DNA of 64,000 bases from Chloroflexota bacterium (GCA_040902225.1 JBBDXT010000007.1:449112-513111), one strand, 5' to 3'; shown: positions 9,332 through 19,470, counted from the first letter of the stretch. Notes: a model not told the origin generated them from the letters alone. Translations and numbers: made by a program.

Positions 9332-10399
9332 TCAGCCCGCCGAGCCCTCGTCACGCGCCTGGCGAGGCTGGCGAAATCGGTTTGGGGCAGTTGACTTCGG
9401 GCGGTTGAAGGGCGGGTCCCCGAGCGGCAGCAGATCCCAGGCGGCGATGTTCTTGCGGTCGCTGCACAGCCCCCACGTCCCATCCTTCAGCGTCGGATGC
9501 CCGATGAATGGGCGAAGGGCTTCTGGCTCGAGATGACACATCTGGATCAGCCGCAGCAGCTCGAGGTTCGGGGCGTCCGCCAGCGGGGCCAGATCGGTGA
9601 TGCCCTTCATGGTGTCAAGGGCCACGAAGCGGAGGTTGCGGGATCCGGCGAAGGAGGGCAGCGAGGTGATGCCCCTGAGGGTCTGGAGGAAGAAGTGCTC
9701 AAGCGACTCGACCTCCGCCAGCGCCGACACGTCTGCCAAGCCGCGGATCCGCCAAAGCTCCACGTACGTCAGCTGACCGATCCGCGGGAGTAGCGCGACG
9801 TCGTGCGTTCCACCCAGCTTGATATCGAGCGAGGTCAGGTTGCGCAACGGCACCAGCGCCGAGAGATCGGGCAGTGTGATCGACCGCAGCGTGAGGTCCT
9901 CCAGCGCCTGCAGCTCGCCAATCGCCTCAATCTCCTTCTGCTGCCACTCCAGGTACAGCGTTCGGAGTCGACGGAACTTCGCCAGGTTGCGGAGGGAGAA
10001 GCGCTTCGAGCGGGTCCAGCCAATCAGCAGGTCCTCGAGCTCATCCGAGAGCAGGCCGATTCCGTCCATGCTCGGCAGCTCGTAGATGGCGTCGACCGAG
10101 AAACGGCGCAGACGGGGGAAGAAGCGGAGGAAGTCGAGGTCGGTGATCGACTCGTCGTAGCCGCCATACACCCGGAGCCTGACATCCGGGTGATCCGCCA
10201 TGAAGTCGGCCAGCCGCTGGAATTCGTCATCGGTCAGCCGGCTGCTGATCTGGACCGTCGTGTGCTCCGGCACGAGCGGCGCCAGGTCCTCGTCGATCAG
10301 CGGCGAGCAGACCTCGCGGAGGGTCGGTCCGGGGAACCTCCTGTTGCCCACGGTGCTACATCCTGAACACGCCGAAGCGCGTCTCGGCGATCTCGGCAT
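9332..10399 (-). CDS. leucine-rich repeat (LRR) domain protein
   Basis: Repeated LxxLxLxxN/L-type units ([29 protein letters not shown]..., [29 protein letters not shown]). The called start overlaps MCC-beta by 44 bp, so a GTG at 10351 just after the MCC-beta stop is the more likely start. Confidence 0.5.
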   Translation of the reverse strand: MPRSPRRASACSGCSTVGNRRFPGPTLREVCSPLIDEDLAPLVPEHTTVQISSRLTDDEFQRLADFMADHPDVRLRVYGGYDESITDLDFLRFFPRLRRFSVDAIYELPSMDGIGLLSDELEDLLIGWTRSKRFSLRNLAKFRRLRTLYLEWQQKEIEAIGELQALEDLTLRSITLPDLSALVPLRNLTSLDIKLGGTHDVALLPRIGQLTYVELWRIRGLADVSALAEVESLEHFFLQTLRGITSLPSFAGSRNLRFVALDTMKGITDLAPLADAPNLELLRLIQMCHLEPEALRPFIGHPTLKDGTWGLCSDRKNIAAWDLLPLGDPPFNRPKSTAPNRFRQPRQARDEGSAG

Positions 10400-11954
10400 T
10401 CAGCGCCGCGCTGATCCCCATCGCCAGGACGCGGCGCGTATCCATCGGGTCGATCACGCCGTCGTCCCACAGTCGCGCGGTCGAGTAGTAGGGCGACCCC
10501 TGGCGCTCGTATTCGGCCAGGATCGGTGCCTCGAAGGCTTCCCGTTGCTCGTCCGTCTCGATCTCGCCACTCACAGTGGACAGGACACGGGCCGCCTGGG
10601 CCCCGCCCATGACGCTGATGCGGGCGTTGGGCCACATCCAGAGCTGGCGCGGTGAATACGCGCGTCCCGCCATCCCGTAATTCCCCGCCCCAAAGCTGCC
10701 GCCGATGATCACGGTGAACTTCGGCACCGCGGTGGTCGCCACCGCCGTCACCAGCTTGGCGCCGTCCTTGGCGATCCCGCCGGCCTCGTACTCCCGCCCG
10801 ACCATGAAGCCGGTGATGTTCTGCAGGAAGACGAGCGGGATGCGCCGCTGGCTGGCCAGCTCGACGAAGTGCGCGCCCTTGAGCGAGGAGCTGCTGAACA
10901 GGATCCCGTTGCTGGCGAGAATCCCGACGGGGTAGCCCTCGACGTGCGCGAACCCGCAGACCAGCGTCTCGCCATATCGCTCCTTGAACTCGTGGAACTC
11001 GCTGCCATCGACGAGTCGGGCGATCACCTCGCGGACGTCATAGCTGAACCTCGGGTCAGCCGGGATGACGCCGTACAGCTCCTCCGGCTTGACCGATGGC
11101 GGCGCCGGCTCGCTGCGCTCCCATGGCGCCGCGGGCTTGCGCCAGGCCAGCGAACGGACGATTTCGCGGCCGATCGCCAGGGCGTGCTCATCGTTGAGTG
11201 CGAAGTGGTCGGCCACCCCGCTCGTCACGGTGTGGACCTCGGCCCCGCCCAGCTCCTCCGCCGTCACCTCCTCCCCGGTTGCCGCCTTCACCAGCGGCGG
11301 ACCACCCAGGAAGATGGTTCCGGTCCCCTTCACGATCACCGTCTCGTCGGACATGGCCGGGACGTAGGCCCCTCCGGCCGTGGAAGAGCCCATCACCAGC
11401 GCAATCTGCGGGATGCCGCGCGCGGAGAGCTGCGCCTGGTTGTAGAAGATGCGGCCGAAGTGCTCGCGATCGGGAAATACCTCGTCCTGGAGCGGCAGGT
11501 AGGCCCCGCCCGAGTCGACCAGATACAGGCACGGCAGGCGGTTCTCGAGGGCGACCTCCTGGGCGCGAAGGTGCTTCTTGACGGTCATCGGGAAGTAGGT
11601 GCCGCCCTTGACCGTCGCGTCGTTGGCGACGAGGACGCACTCGACCCCCTCGACCAGGCCGACGCCGGTCACCATCCCCGCCCCCGGCGCCTCGCCGTCG
11701 TACAGGCCATCGGCCGCCAGTGCGGAGAATTCGAGGAAGGCGCTACCAGGATCAATGAGCCGCTCGACCCGCTCGCGGACCGGCATCTTGCCGCGCTCAC
11801 GGTGGCGGGCGATCGAGCGCTCGTCGCCGCCGGCGCCTCGTTCGCTCACGGCTCGGGTTCGGGCCCGCAGCTCATCGACCTGCGCGCGCAAGGCGGCCGC
11901 ATTGGCGGCGAAGGCTTCAGAGGCGGGGTCGAGGGCGGAGCGCAGGACGGCCAT
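10356..11954 (-). CDS. methylcrotonyl-CoA carboxylase beta subunit (carboxyltransferase)
   Basis: 532-aa carboxyltransferase with N- and C-terminal CoA-carboxylase domains ([41 protein letters not shown]). Confidence 0.85.
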   Translation of the reverse strand: MAVLRSALDPASEAFAANAAALRAQVDELRARTRAVSERGAGGDERSIARHRERGKMPVRERVERLIDPGSAFLEFSALAADGLYDGEAPGAGMVTGVGLVEGVECVLVANDATVKGGTYFPMTVKKHLRAQEVALENRLPCLYLVDSGGAYLPLQDEVFPDREHFGRIFYNQAQLSARGIPQIALVMGSSTAGGAYVPAMSDETVIVKGTGTIFLGGPPLVKAATGEEVTAEELGGAEVHTVTSGVADHFALNDEHALAIGREIVRSLAWRKPAAPWERSEPAPPSVKPEELYGVIPADPRFSYDVREVIARLVDGSEFHEFKERYGETLVCGFAHVEGYPVGILASNGILFSSSSLKGAHFVELASQRRIPLVFLQNITGFMVGREYEAGGIAKDGAKLVTAVATTAVPKFTVIIGGSFGAGNYGMAGRAYSPRQLWMWPNARISVMGGAQAARVLSTVSGEIETDEQREAFEAPILAEYERQGSPYYSTARLWDDGVIDPMDTRRVLAMGISAALNAEIAETRFGVFRM

Positions 11955-11994
11955 CAGTGCGGCGATTATCGCCGCACGGGCCCCTCGTGCGAGG

Positions 11995-12651
11995 CTAGGC
12001 CAGGGTCACCAGCGGCACGAGCTGGGTGATGTGCGCCGTGTTGACGATCACCACGCTGACCACGTGCTCGAACGGCGGCTCACCGTTGTGCAGGATGTAG
12101 GCATCGGTGAGCGGCAGGAAGCGACGGCCCTCGTAGGGGATCTGGTCGCCCGTATCGGCGGTCGGAGACAGGTGCAGGTTGCCGGTGACGCTGAATGGTC
12201 CAGCTGAGAGGGCCACGCGGCGCAGCTTGCGGTGGAGGCGGAGCTGTCGAGCCGCCCGCCATTCCGGCGGCATGGCCAGGATCAGCTGTTCGGTCACGAC
12301 CGACTGCCACTCACCGGTGTCCTCGCCGGGCTCCGGGTTTGCACCATCGGCGCCAGTCGGTTCGACGATCGGGCCGGGGCTGGGATGCCAGAGCCGCAGC
12401 TCATCCTGGTCGTTGAGCAGGTCGGTGACGCGCTGGCCATTGGCGGAAATCCAGCCCACGATCCGCGCATCGGCGGTGTAGAGCTCGATCGGCGCTAGGT
12501 CGATGCCGGTCATTGCGACGGCGGCCGAGCCGGTGGCAATACCACCAGCGGCGCCTCGTCGCCAGTTCCAGAACGTCATGTCCGCATGGTGGCCGCACGT
12601 GGCCGAGTGCGGAAGGGACACGACAGTACTAGAGGGGGCTGTTGCACCCAC
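11995..12651 (-). CDS. hypothetical protein
   Basis: 218-aa ORF with no recognisable motif. The start may be the internal M at MTFWNWRR. Confidence 0.3.
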   Translation of the reverse strand: MGATAPSSTVVSLPHSATCGHHADMTFWNWRRGAAGGIATGSAAVAMTGIDLAPIELYTADARIVGWISANGQRVTDLLNDQDELRLWHPSPGPIVEPTGADGANPEPGEDTGEWQSVVTEQLILAMPPEWRAARQLRLHRKLRRVALSAGPFSVTGNLHLSPTADTGDQIPYEGRRFLPLTDAYILHNGEPPFEHVVSVVIVNTAHITQLVPLVTLA

Positions 12652-12769
12652 ACACCGACCCCCGGACCCCCGGACCCGCCTTGGCGCATCGCGAGGTGTT
12701 CAAGTGATCTGAACAGTTGCGCGGCACGAGCCACTCGCGGGGTGTCGCCAGCGCTGCTACGGTGCGCCC

Positions 12770-13112
12770 ATGATCGACATCAATGACTTCGCCAGGGTCG
12801 ACATGCGGGTGGGTCGAATCGTCGAGGTGCTACCGTTCCAGAGGCCCGCTACCCGTCCTACCGCGTGCGGATCGATTTCGGCGAGGAGATCGGTCAGCGG
12901 GTGAGCGCGGCACAGTTGACCGTCACTACCCCGATCCCTCCGCCCTGGTCGGACGGCAGGTGGTGGCGGTCGTCAACTTCCCGCCGCGACGGATCGCCGG
13001 CTTCGCCAGCGAGGTGCTGCTGCTCGGCGCGATGGGGGAGCGAGAGGCCGCCGCCGAGGTGTGGCTGCTCGAGCCGAGTCCGGAGGCTCCACTCGGGACC
13101 CGCATCGGCTAG
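12770..13112 (+). pseudogene. csaA: CsaA-like tRNA-binding-domain protein gene disrupted by two -1 frameshifts
   Basis: The protein can only be read across three frames. Frame 2 gives MIDINDFARVDMRVGRIVEVLPF, frame 1 gives EARYPSYRVRIDFGEEIGQRVSAAQLT, and frame 0 gives HYPDPSALVGRQVVAVVNFPPRRIAGFASEVLLLGA...GTRIG. Together these match the CsaA/EMAP fold. Apparent 1-bp deletions lie near 12839 (ttccag vs ttcccag) and about 12925. Confidence 0.55.
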
Positions 13113-13142
13113 GAATCCAAAGCCGCCATACTTGCTGGCCCG

Positions 13143-13580
13143 ATGACCACCGACCATCCGCTCCTCGACCCCGCGCCGGCAGGGCTGCCGGAGCCGGACC
13201 TCTCGCCGCCCCAGATCGCGCGGGTCGGCGACCCGTTTGCCGGCCTCCGGCTCGTGCATTTCCTGGCGCGCCTCAGGCGCAACATCACCCACCAGCTGCG
13301 CGACGTGGTGACCTCGCTCAACGCCGCCTACCTGGACTGGTACTTCCCCGACAAGGTCGTCCTCGCCGAGCTGGTCCAGCTGCAGGCCAACTGGTCGATC
13401 TCGTACCACGGCGACGACCGGATCGTGCTCGACCGCAACGAGCGCGGTCACACGCTGCTGATCGTCGACTCCACCAAGATGACGCCCTTCCTGGTGAGCC
13501 AGGCCAACCGCCTGCGTGACGACTGCGACGATGAGCTGCGGCGATTTGCCCTGGGCGACGGAGTGACGACCGACAACTAG
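13143..13580 (+). CDS. hypothetical protein
   Basis: 145-aa ORF convergent with thyX. No recognisable motif. Confidence 0.3.
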   Translation: MTTDHPLLDPAPAGLPEPDLSPPQIARVGDPFAGLRLVHFLARLRRNITHQLRDVVTSLNAAYLDWYFPDKVVLAELVQLQANWSISYHGDDRIVLDRNERGHTLLIVDSTKMTPFLVSQANRLRDDCDDELRRFALGDGVTTDN

Positions 13581-14509
13581 ACCCGGTCGGCGTCTCCCGC
13601 TGACTCGCTGGCGACCAGCGCCGGTCTCTCGGGCACGTTTGTGTCGTCCAGGACCGGGATCGGCGTCCGGCGCGGCCTCGGCCTGAACGGTGATGTCTCG
13701 GGCACGACCGGTCCATCGGTCTCGGCCAGTTCGCCGGAGCGGTAAGCCTCCCACACGGCCATCACCGTGTCGCGGTGCGGTCGAATGCGGCAGTGCTCGT
13801 CGCGGTTGCCCATCTCGTCGCAGTAGCCGAGCGGCACGCACTTAGGGGCCAGGAAGGAGCCGAAGAAGGGCGAGACGCGGAAGATCTCGTGGCGGATCTG
13901 CTTGAACAGCTGGCGGATCTCCCACTGGGCCATGGTGCACAGCCGCAGGCCGCTCATGTGGATCAGCTGTCGCAGGTTGACGGTCATGATCAGGTTGGTC
14001 TGCATCGCGTTCGGGAAGATGAAACGGGCGTCCTCGGCTGGCACCTCGGCCTGCAGCAGCTGCCCGTACAGTTCGAGGTTGGAGTCCACCGCGGCCTGGA
14101 ACTGGCCGGCGAGGTCGTCCGGCAGGTCGCCCTTGGCGATCGAGTCCGGGATGGTGTAGTTGTCCCTTGCCTTGAACGACACGTAGCGCTGCGACTGCTG
14201 GTCGAAGGCGGTCCCGGCCCGATGGCGCACCAGCTGATGGGAAAGGGTCCGGGTCACGCCACTGATGGCGAAGGTGAAGTTGACGTGCTCGATGGTCGAG
14301 CCGTGGCCGGATTCCATCACCTTGCGGACGAGCGCCTGCTGCTTCTCGTCGGCGACGCCGCGGCTGACCGCCTTGTCCCAGATCTGGTCGGGCAGCTGCT
14401 CGGAGTAGCAGGTCCGGCAGGCGGTGTAGATGATCGGGAGGTAGTACTCCTCGACGATCTCCTTGGTCGGAAAGATGAGCTTGGCGGACACGTCAGAGGT
14501 GGTCGGCAT
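13577..14509 (-). CDS. thyX: FAD-dependent thymidylate synthase ThyX
   Basis: ThyX signature RHRAGTAFDQQSQRY (RHRX7SXR) and about 310 aa length. Confidence 0.85.
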   Translation of the reverse strand: MPTTSDVSAKLIFPTKEIVEEYYLPIIYTACRTCYSEQLPDQIWDKAVSRGVADEKQQALVRKVMESGHGSTIEHVNFTFAISGVTRTLSHQLVRHRAGTAFDQQSQRYVSFKARDNYTIPDSIAKGDLPDDLAGQFQAAVDSNLELYGQLLQAEVPAEDARFIFPNAMQTNLIMTVNLRQLIHMSGLRLCTMAQWEIRQLFKQIRHEIFRVSPFFGSFLAPKCVPLGYCDEMGNRDEHCRIRPHRDTVMAVWEAYRSGELAETDGPVVPETSPFRPRPRRTPIPVLDDTNVPERPALVASESAGDADRV

Positions 14510-14582
14510 GGGACCGCGAGGATACCACCGTGGGACCGATCAGGGGGCGCTTATCCACAACCTGTAGTGGTGTGCATAAGTT

Positions 14583-14795
14583 CTAGGCCCGTATCTTGTG
14601 GCGCACTCCGACCACGACCAAGATGCCTCCCGCGACAATCAGACCCACCCCGACGACATTGAAGGCAATCGTCCCGATCGTCTCGCAGGCCCGACTGTCG
14701 GACTCGCTGAAGCAGGACTGAGCCTGCGGTGCAACGATCAGGGCAGCGATGCCAACGGCGATCAGAAATGCGCCGAGCCAGAGCTTGGCTGTCAT
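14583..14795 (-). CDS. small two-TM membrane protein (paralog A)
   Basis: The called ORF is 14583..14882, but the likely start is MTAKLW at 14795. TM1, then loop APQAQSCFSESDSRACETIGT, then TM2. Paralogous to the adjacent 14806..15069 ORF. Confidence 0.4.
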   Translation of the reverse strand: MTAKLWLGAFLIAVGIAALIVAPQAQSCFSESDSRACETIGTIAFNVVGVGLIVAGGILVVVGVRHKIRA

Positions 14796-14805
14796 CTCGG
14801 CGAGT

Positions 14806-15069
14806 CTAAGGACTCGTGTTGCGTCGGGATCGTCCGCTGCGCCCGGATTGCCGAGGAGGGCGCTCCTCGGTCGGCGAGCCACGCAGCGCCAGCACGATGG
14901 CCGCAGTGGCGACCAGGGCCAGACCCACGACCTTCAGAATGATCGTGCCGCCTGTCTCGCACGCGGTGCTGTCGAAGTCCATGACGCAGGACTGCGCCTG
15001 CGGAGCAACGAGCAGCACTGCAAGGCCGAGCACGATCAGAAGAATTCCCAGCCAGTGCCACCTGGTCAT
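14806..15069 (-). CDS. small two-TM membrane protein (paralog B)
   Basis: MTRWHWLGILLIVLGLAVLLVAPQAQSCVMDFDSTACETGGTIILKVVGLALV... Shares the APQAQSC...DS.ACET.GTI loop motif with paralog A. The start codon overlaps the GGDEF gene stop (ATGA). Confidence 0.4.
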   Translation of the reverse strand: MTRWHWLGILLIVLGLAVLLVAPQAQSCVMDFDSTACETGGTIILKVVGLALVATAAIVLALRGSPTEERPPRQSGRSGRSRRNTSP

Positions 15070-16514
15070 GCGTTCCCCTCGGCGAATTCGGCGGTAAGCG
15101 TCTCAACGTCTCGCTCGGGTTCGTCAATGCGGGCCAGCCCGTGGAGCCGATCGAATGCGATCCGGTTGCCGCCGGCCGCCCGCGCGGACGCGAGCGCCTC
15201 CTCGGCGGCCGCCAGGAGCTCATCGCCACTGAGCGTCATCCCAGGGCGCATCAGCGCGATCCCGATGGAGAGGCTCACGGTGACCTCGCCCCGCTCGGTC
15301 ATGACCCGGCGCTCGAGGACCCGATCCAGGACCGCCCGCGCGAACATCACGGCGCCGCCTTCGCCGGTGTGCGGCAGGATCGCCAGGAAGGCGTCGCCGC
15401 CGACGCGACCCACCGCATCGGCCTCGCGCATCCGCACCCGCAGGCGAAGTGCGATCCTGCGCAGCATTTCGTCGCCGACCTCCAGCCCGTGCTCGTGGTT
15501 GAGGTCGGTGAACCGATCGATGTCGAGCAGCACCACCGCCACCGGGTGCGCGTAGCGGCGTGCCTCGGCCGCCTCGGTCCGCAATCGGTCGAGCGTCGGC
15601 CAGCGGCTGGGAAGCCCCGTCAGCGGATCGGTGCTGGACGCTCGGTCGATCTCGACCCGCTGCAGCTCGATCAGGTGGCGCGCGGCGACCAGGTCGTCCA
15701 GCGTGGCTCGCAGCTCGCGCGTCAGGCGAGCGAGCTCGTCGTACTCGGGCGGGCTTTCAGAAGCGGCGGGTCGTTCGTGAACGGCCGGAGCGGGCTCAGC
15801 GACCGCGGTCCGGTGCGCGCGGCTGGCCAGCAGCCGCCAGCCGAGCACCAGCGCGGCCAGGGCCATGCCCAAGGGACCAATCAGGCTCTCCGTCCCGGAG
15901 GAGCGGCCAACTGCGATGGCCCCCACGGACGACGCCGCGATGCCGAGCGCGGTGGCGCGGGCTGGGGCGTCGAGGCTGGTCGCAGCCGCGGCCGCCACCA
16001 GCAGTGCTCCGCCGGCGAGGAAGATGGGCGCAATCCGCGCCGGGACCGACCATCCCGCGGCCACCAGCATGCCCGCCAGGCTGGCTTCTACCAGCGCAAT
16101 GGCAATGAGGAGGCCGACGATCCGTCCCCGTCGGGTGGCGATGGCCCGCTGCCGCAGGACCGACCCAGCGACGAAGACAGCCGCCGCGGAGGTCAGGCCG
16201 ATGCCGAGGCCAAGGACTCCGGCAGCATCGAGGGCGACCACGGCAAAGGCGGTCGCGATCATCCCCAGGCCGGCGAGGTCGGCGAGATCGCGGATCCGGC
16301 CGCCTTCCAGCGCCGCATCGACCGCGATCAGCAGGGCGAGGCCGGCGATGACGGCGACGGTTGCGGCGACCGCCGGCGCGACCCACGGGAGCGTCGATCC
16401 CTGCAGGGACGGAAACGCCCGAACCAGGCCGATGGCAGCCAGCGGCAGGAGCACCGCCACGGGGCGGCCTCCGGTGCGCGCGATGATCACGCCGGCTGAT
16501 CGGTTCAAAGGCAT
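15066..16514 (-). CDS. membrane-anchored GGDEF-domain protein (diguanylate cyclase-like, GGDAF variant)
   Basis: Multi-TM N-terminal region then a GGDEF fold (VLLDIDRFTDLNHEHG...RVGGDAFLAILP). The active-site pentapeptide reads GGDAF rather than GG(D/E)EF. Likely start is MPLNRSAG at 16514. The called ORF extends to 16712. Confidence 0.65.
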   Translation of the reverse strand: MPLNRSAGVIIARTGGRPVAVLLPLAAIGLVRAFPSLQGSTLPWVAPAVAATVAVIAGLALLIAVDAALEGGRIRDLADLAGLGMIATAFAVVALDAAGVLGLGIGLTSAAAVFVAGSVLRQRAIATRRGRIVGLLIAIALVEASLAGMLVAAGWSVPARIAPIFLAGGALLVAAAAATSLDAPARATALGIAASSVGAIAVGRSSGTESLIGPLGMALAALVLGWRLLASRAHRTAVAEPAPAVHERPAASESPPEYDELARLTRELRATLDDLVAARHLIELQRVEIDRASSTDPLTGLPSRWPTLDRLRTEAAEARRYAHPVAVVLLDIDRFTDLNHEHGLEVGDEMLRRIALRLRVRMREADAVGRVGGDAFLAILPHTGEGGAVMFARAVLDRVLERRVMTERGEVTVSLSIGIALMRPGMTLSGDELLAAAEEALASARAAGGNRIAFDRLHGLARIDEPERDVETLTAEFAEGNA

Positions 16515-16645
16515 CTCGCGGTGCGGCCGTGCACCGCCGAGTGTCCGAGCCTCGTGTCCCCAGCGGCAATAGTACGAACGGGGCGGCCGTGCTCGCGCTG
16601 CCGTATCCTCGGACCGTGGCCAGCCCGACCTCCAGGCGCACGGTG

Positions 16646-16981
16646 ATGTCCCGCCGTCAGTTCCTGGAACAGACCGATCAGCTGATCGCCGACGGCGACG
16701 CGCTCGTCGCAACCCCGCACTGGGATCTCTTCCGCGCCTGGCTGCTCAACTCCGACGAGCTGCTCGAGCGCGTCTGGGGCCGGATGGACCGATACCACCT
16801 GGCCTGGCTCAACGTCGGTCGAGACTCGGCCCCTTCCGGATCGGACCTGGACGAGCCGGGCACCCTGCGGTTCATCGCCGAGGTGGCCAGCGCCAAGGTC
16901 GCCGTGCTGCGTACCATGCGGGTCGCCGTCGCGACGCGCGGCTGGCGAACCCTGAGCGACGAAGACGAGGAGGATCGGTGA
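16646..16981 (+). CDS. hypothetical protein
   Basis: The ORF is called from 16529. The likely start is MSRRQFLEQ. Its stop overlaps the GTG start of the next gene (GTGA). Confidence 0.3.
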   Translation: MSRRQFLEQTDQLIADGDALVATPHWDLFRAWLLNSDELLERVWGRMDRYHLAWLNVGRDSAPSGSDLDEPGTLRFIAEVASAKVAVLRTMRVAVATRGWRTLSDEDEEDR

Positions 16982-17706
16982 CCGATCGTCAGCGCGAGCC
17001 GATCGGCGGCCTGGCGGCCGTCTTCGCGCACCCCGACGACGAGAGCTTCACCGCGGCCGGCGCCCTCTCGCTGGCGCACGACGCGGGCCGGACCGTGCGG
17101 CTGCTGCTCCTCACCCGGGGAGAGGCCGGCAACCCCGAGCGATCACCTGACCTCGACCTGGCCGATACTCGCGAAGAGGAGATGCGCTGCGCGGCCGCCA
17201 AGATCGGGATGGACGAGGTGACCGTGGTCGACCACCCCGATGGTCGCCTGGCCGAGGTTCCCTTCTCGACCCTGGTCGACGAGATCGCGCTGTGGCTTGC
17301 CGATCGCAGGCCGGACGCGGTCATCACCTTCGGCGCACACGGCGTCACCAACGACACGGATCACGTGGTGGTCGGCGCGGCGACTCGCTGGGCGGTCGAG
17401 CGCCTGGCTGAGTCCGGGATTGCCCCACACGCGGTGTACGTGGTCGCACCGGTCTTTGGGCCCGGCCAGCGTCGATACGACCTCTCCCCGGAGGAGGGGG
17501 CAGCCAGCCACCGAATCGAGATCACCGAGGTGGCCGGCCGCAAGCTGGCCGCCCTGGCCTGCCACGCCAGCCAGACGGACGTCGCCGAGGAGATCGCCGA
17601 GCTGCGCGCGGCGCTCGACCGTGATGGAGTCGTCTACGAGGGCTACACCCGCGTCCGCCCCACCGTTCCCGCCGCCCGCCCGACCTTCTTCTCCCGCCTG
17701 GTGTAG
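16978..17706 (+). CDS. PIG-L/LmbE family N-acetylglucosaminyl deacetylase
   Basis: AHPDDE metal-binding motif at the N-terminus (AVFAHPDDESFTAAG), 242 aa. Members of this family include MshB/BshB-type deacetylases. Confidence 0.7.
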   Translation: MTDRQREPIGGLAAVFAHPDDESFTAAGALSLAHDAGRTVRLLLLTRGEAGNPERSPDLDLADTREEEMRCAAAKIGMDEVTVVDHPDGRLAEVPFSTLVDEIALWLADRRPDAVITFGAHGVTNDTDHVVVGAATRWAVERLAESGIAPHAVYVVAPVFGPGQRRYDLSPEEGAASHRIEITEVAGRKLAALACHASQTDVAEEIAELRAALDRDGVVYEGYTRVRPTVPAARPTFFSRLV

Positions 17707-17761
17707 CCGAGGCCCCGGCCGCGTTCTTCGTGGTGAGCGTCGGCAGCGGCCCCGCCGAGCG

Positions 17762-18073
17762 TCAACGTGGAGGGCCCAGATCCCGATTAATCTCCCGCAC
17801 CGCGAGGAGGTTGACAACGACGACGGCTACGAAGGCTGCTGCGAAGCGCCAGTCTTCGAATGCCAGCGCAGCCATTACGGCCATTACGGCCAGTCCCGCC
17901 CCGAGGAGGGCCGCGATCTGCCCGAGGCGCCGACCCACGGCGATGAGGACCGCGATCGCCAGGCATGCGACCGTCGGTCCCAGGTCATTGATGGTCCTGA
18001 ACTGGTCGAACAGGAAGATGCTCAGGTAGTACGCCGCGACGGCAATCCACACGACCGCGGCCGTCCATCGCAT
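17762..18073 (-). CDS. small hydrophobic membrane protein
   Basis: The called ORF extends to 18331. The hydrophobic core starts at MRWTAAVVWIAVAAYY (ATG 18073). Confidence 0.3.
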   Translation of the reverse strand: MRWTAAVVWIAVAAYYLSIFLFDQFRTINDLGPTVACLAIAVLIAVGRRLGQIAALLGAGLAVMAVMAALAFEDWRFAAAFVAVVVVNLLAVREINRDLGPPR

Positions 18074-18167
18074 CGGGCCCGCCTGTCCTCTCGTATTCGG
18101 CATTGAGGGGCAGATGACATGGCCCGCCCGGAAGCCCCCGTGCGAATCCTTGCTAGACTGGTCGGCA

Positions 18168-18458
18168 ATGACCATTGATTCGAACATCGCCAAGGTCGAC
18201 GAGGTGATGACCGCCCTGTACGACATCCATGACCCGGAGATCGGGATGAGCATCGTGGACCTCGACCTGATCAAGAACGTGGAGATCGGGGTGGGCGGCG
18301 CCCCGACCGAGATCAAGATGGTGCTCACCACTCCCTTCTGCCCGTGGGCCGGGGAGCTGATTCAGACCATCAAGACCAAGACCGAGGAGGTCGTCGGGCC
18401 TCCCGTCAAGGTGACTCTGCTGGCCGATCGCTGGGAGCCCCCACCCGGCCTCTTCTAA
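18168..18458 (+). CDS. DUF59/MIP18-family Fe-S cluster assembly-related protein
   Basis: IKMVLTTPFCPWAGELIQTIKTK matches the conserved CP motif region of the metal-sulfur cluster biosynthesis (PaaD/SufT-like) family. The likely start is MTIDSNIAKVDEV. Confidence 0.55.
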   Translation: MTIDSNIAKVDEVMTALYDIHDPEIGMSIVDLDLIKNVEIGVGGAPTEIKMVLTTPFCPWAGELIQTIKTKTEEVVGPPVKVTLLADRWEPPPGLF

Positions 18459-18830
18459 GCTCCGCCCGAGACCTCGCGGGTTACCAGCTCCATTGGTACA
18501 AACGCCCATCTGCCCTCCCTTTCGGGCCTGATTGGGCTGCAAACGAGCGTCGCTACCAGTGACATTGGTGCCGGCGCACGTACGCGAGTCGTGACGCGCC
18601 GTTCTACCAGCATGGTTGGTAGCCACGGCCACCTCTCGGCTAGGCGTCGCCACGTTATTACCTCTGGGACTACATTGGCGCGCTTGGCGCCGAAAACTGC
18701 CATGGATCGGTCGCTCACGCGCCGTCGGAGTCCCCTACGTGCTGAAATCGCGCGCGGGAAGCCTGTCGTGCGCTGTTGTGGCACCGTGAGGAATAACCCC
18801 GGCAACGCCGGCGGCGCTAGCATCTCCCCG

Positions 18831-19400
18831 ATGCGCATCTACACCCGCAAGGGCGACACCGGCACGACCGGCCTTCTCTTCGGTGGCGCCCGCGTCAGCA
18901 AGGCGGACCTGCGCACGGATGCCTACGGCACGGCCGATGAAGCGGTGTCCGCGCTCGGGCTGGCGCGGGCTGCCATCGGCGCCGCCACGGACCGGACCGA
19001 GGCCCAGCTGGCCACCCTCATCATCCGGCTTCAGCGCGAGCTGTTCGTCGTCGGGGCAGAGCTGGCCACGCACATCGACCGCCGGCAGAAGCTGACCGAC
19101 GGCGTGACGCGGGTGACGACCGAGATGGTCACCGCACTGGAGGGTGAGATCGACGCGCTCGAGGCCGGACACGAGATGCCGGTTGAGTTCGTGCTGCCGG
19201 GGGAATCGGTCGCCGGTGCCTCGCTCGACCTGGCACGGACGAGCGTCCGCCGCGCGGAACGCCGGGCCGTGGCGCTGACGAACGAGGGTGGTCTGCCGGA
19301 CTCGCAGGTGGTGCCCTACCTCAACCGCCTTGCCGACCTGCTCTTCGTCATGGCTCGCGCGGCCGATGGGGGCTTCCGTCCGCTGCGAACGCGCGAGTAG
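18831..19400 (+). CDS. cob(I)yrinic acid a,c-diamide / cob(I)alamin adenosyltransferase (PduO-type)
   Basis: MRIYTRKGDTGTTGLLFGG N-terminus and about 190 aa length are typical of PduO/MMAB-type ATP:corrinoid adenosyltransferases. The ATG at 18831 lies inside the longer called ORF. Confidence 0.75.
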   Translation: MRIYTRKGDTGTTGLLFGGARVSKADLRTDAYGTADEAVSALGLARAAIGAATDRTEAQLATLIIRLQRELFVVGAELATHIDRRQKLTDGVTRVTTEMVTALEGEIDALEAGHEMPVEFVLPGESVAGASLDLARTSVRRAERRAVALTNEGGLPDSQVVPYLNRLADLLFVMARAADGGFRPLRTRE

Positions 19401-19470
19401 AATCGGCCTCCAGCCCACCGCGCCAACCCGCCCGCCCTCTGCGGGAGCCCTTCGTCGAGGAGAACACTCC

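Noticed and set aside
15141-16499. 452-aa plus-strand ORF opposite the GGDEF gene, plus other Arg/Pro-rich overlapping ORFs (e.g. 15796..16641)
   Set aside because: Same antisense artefact. No motifs, extreme R/G/P composition.
18459-18830. Cobalamin riboswitch call
   Set aside because: Only partial resemblance to the core, with no B12 box. Kept as a low-interest finding, not annotated as a feature.
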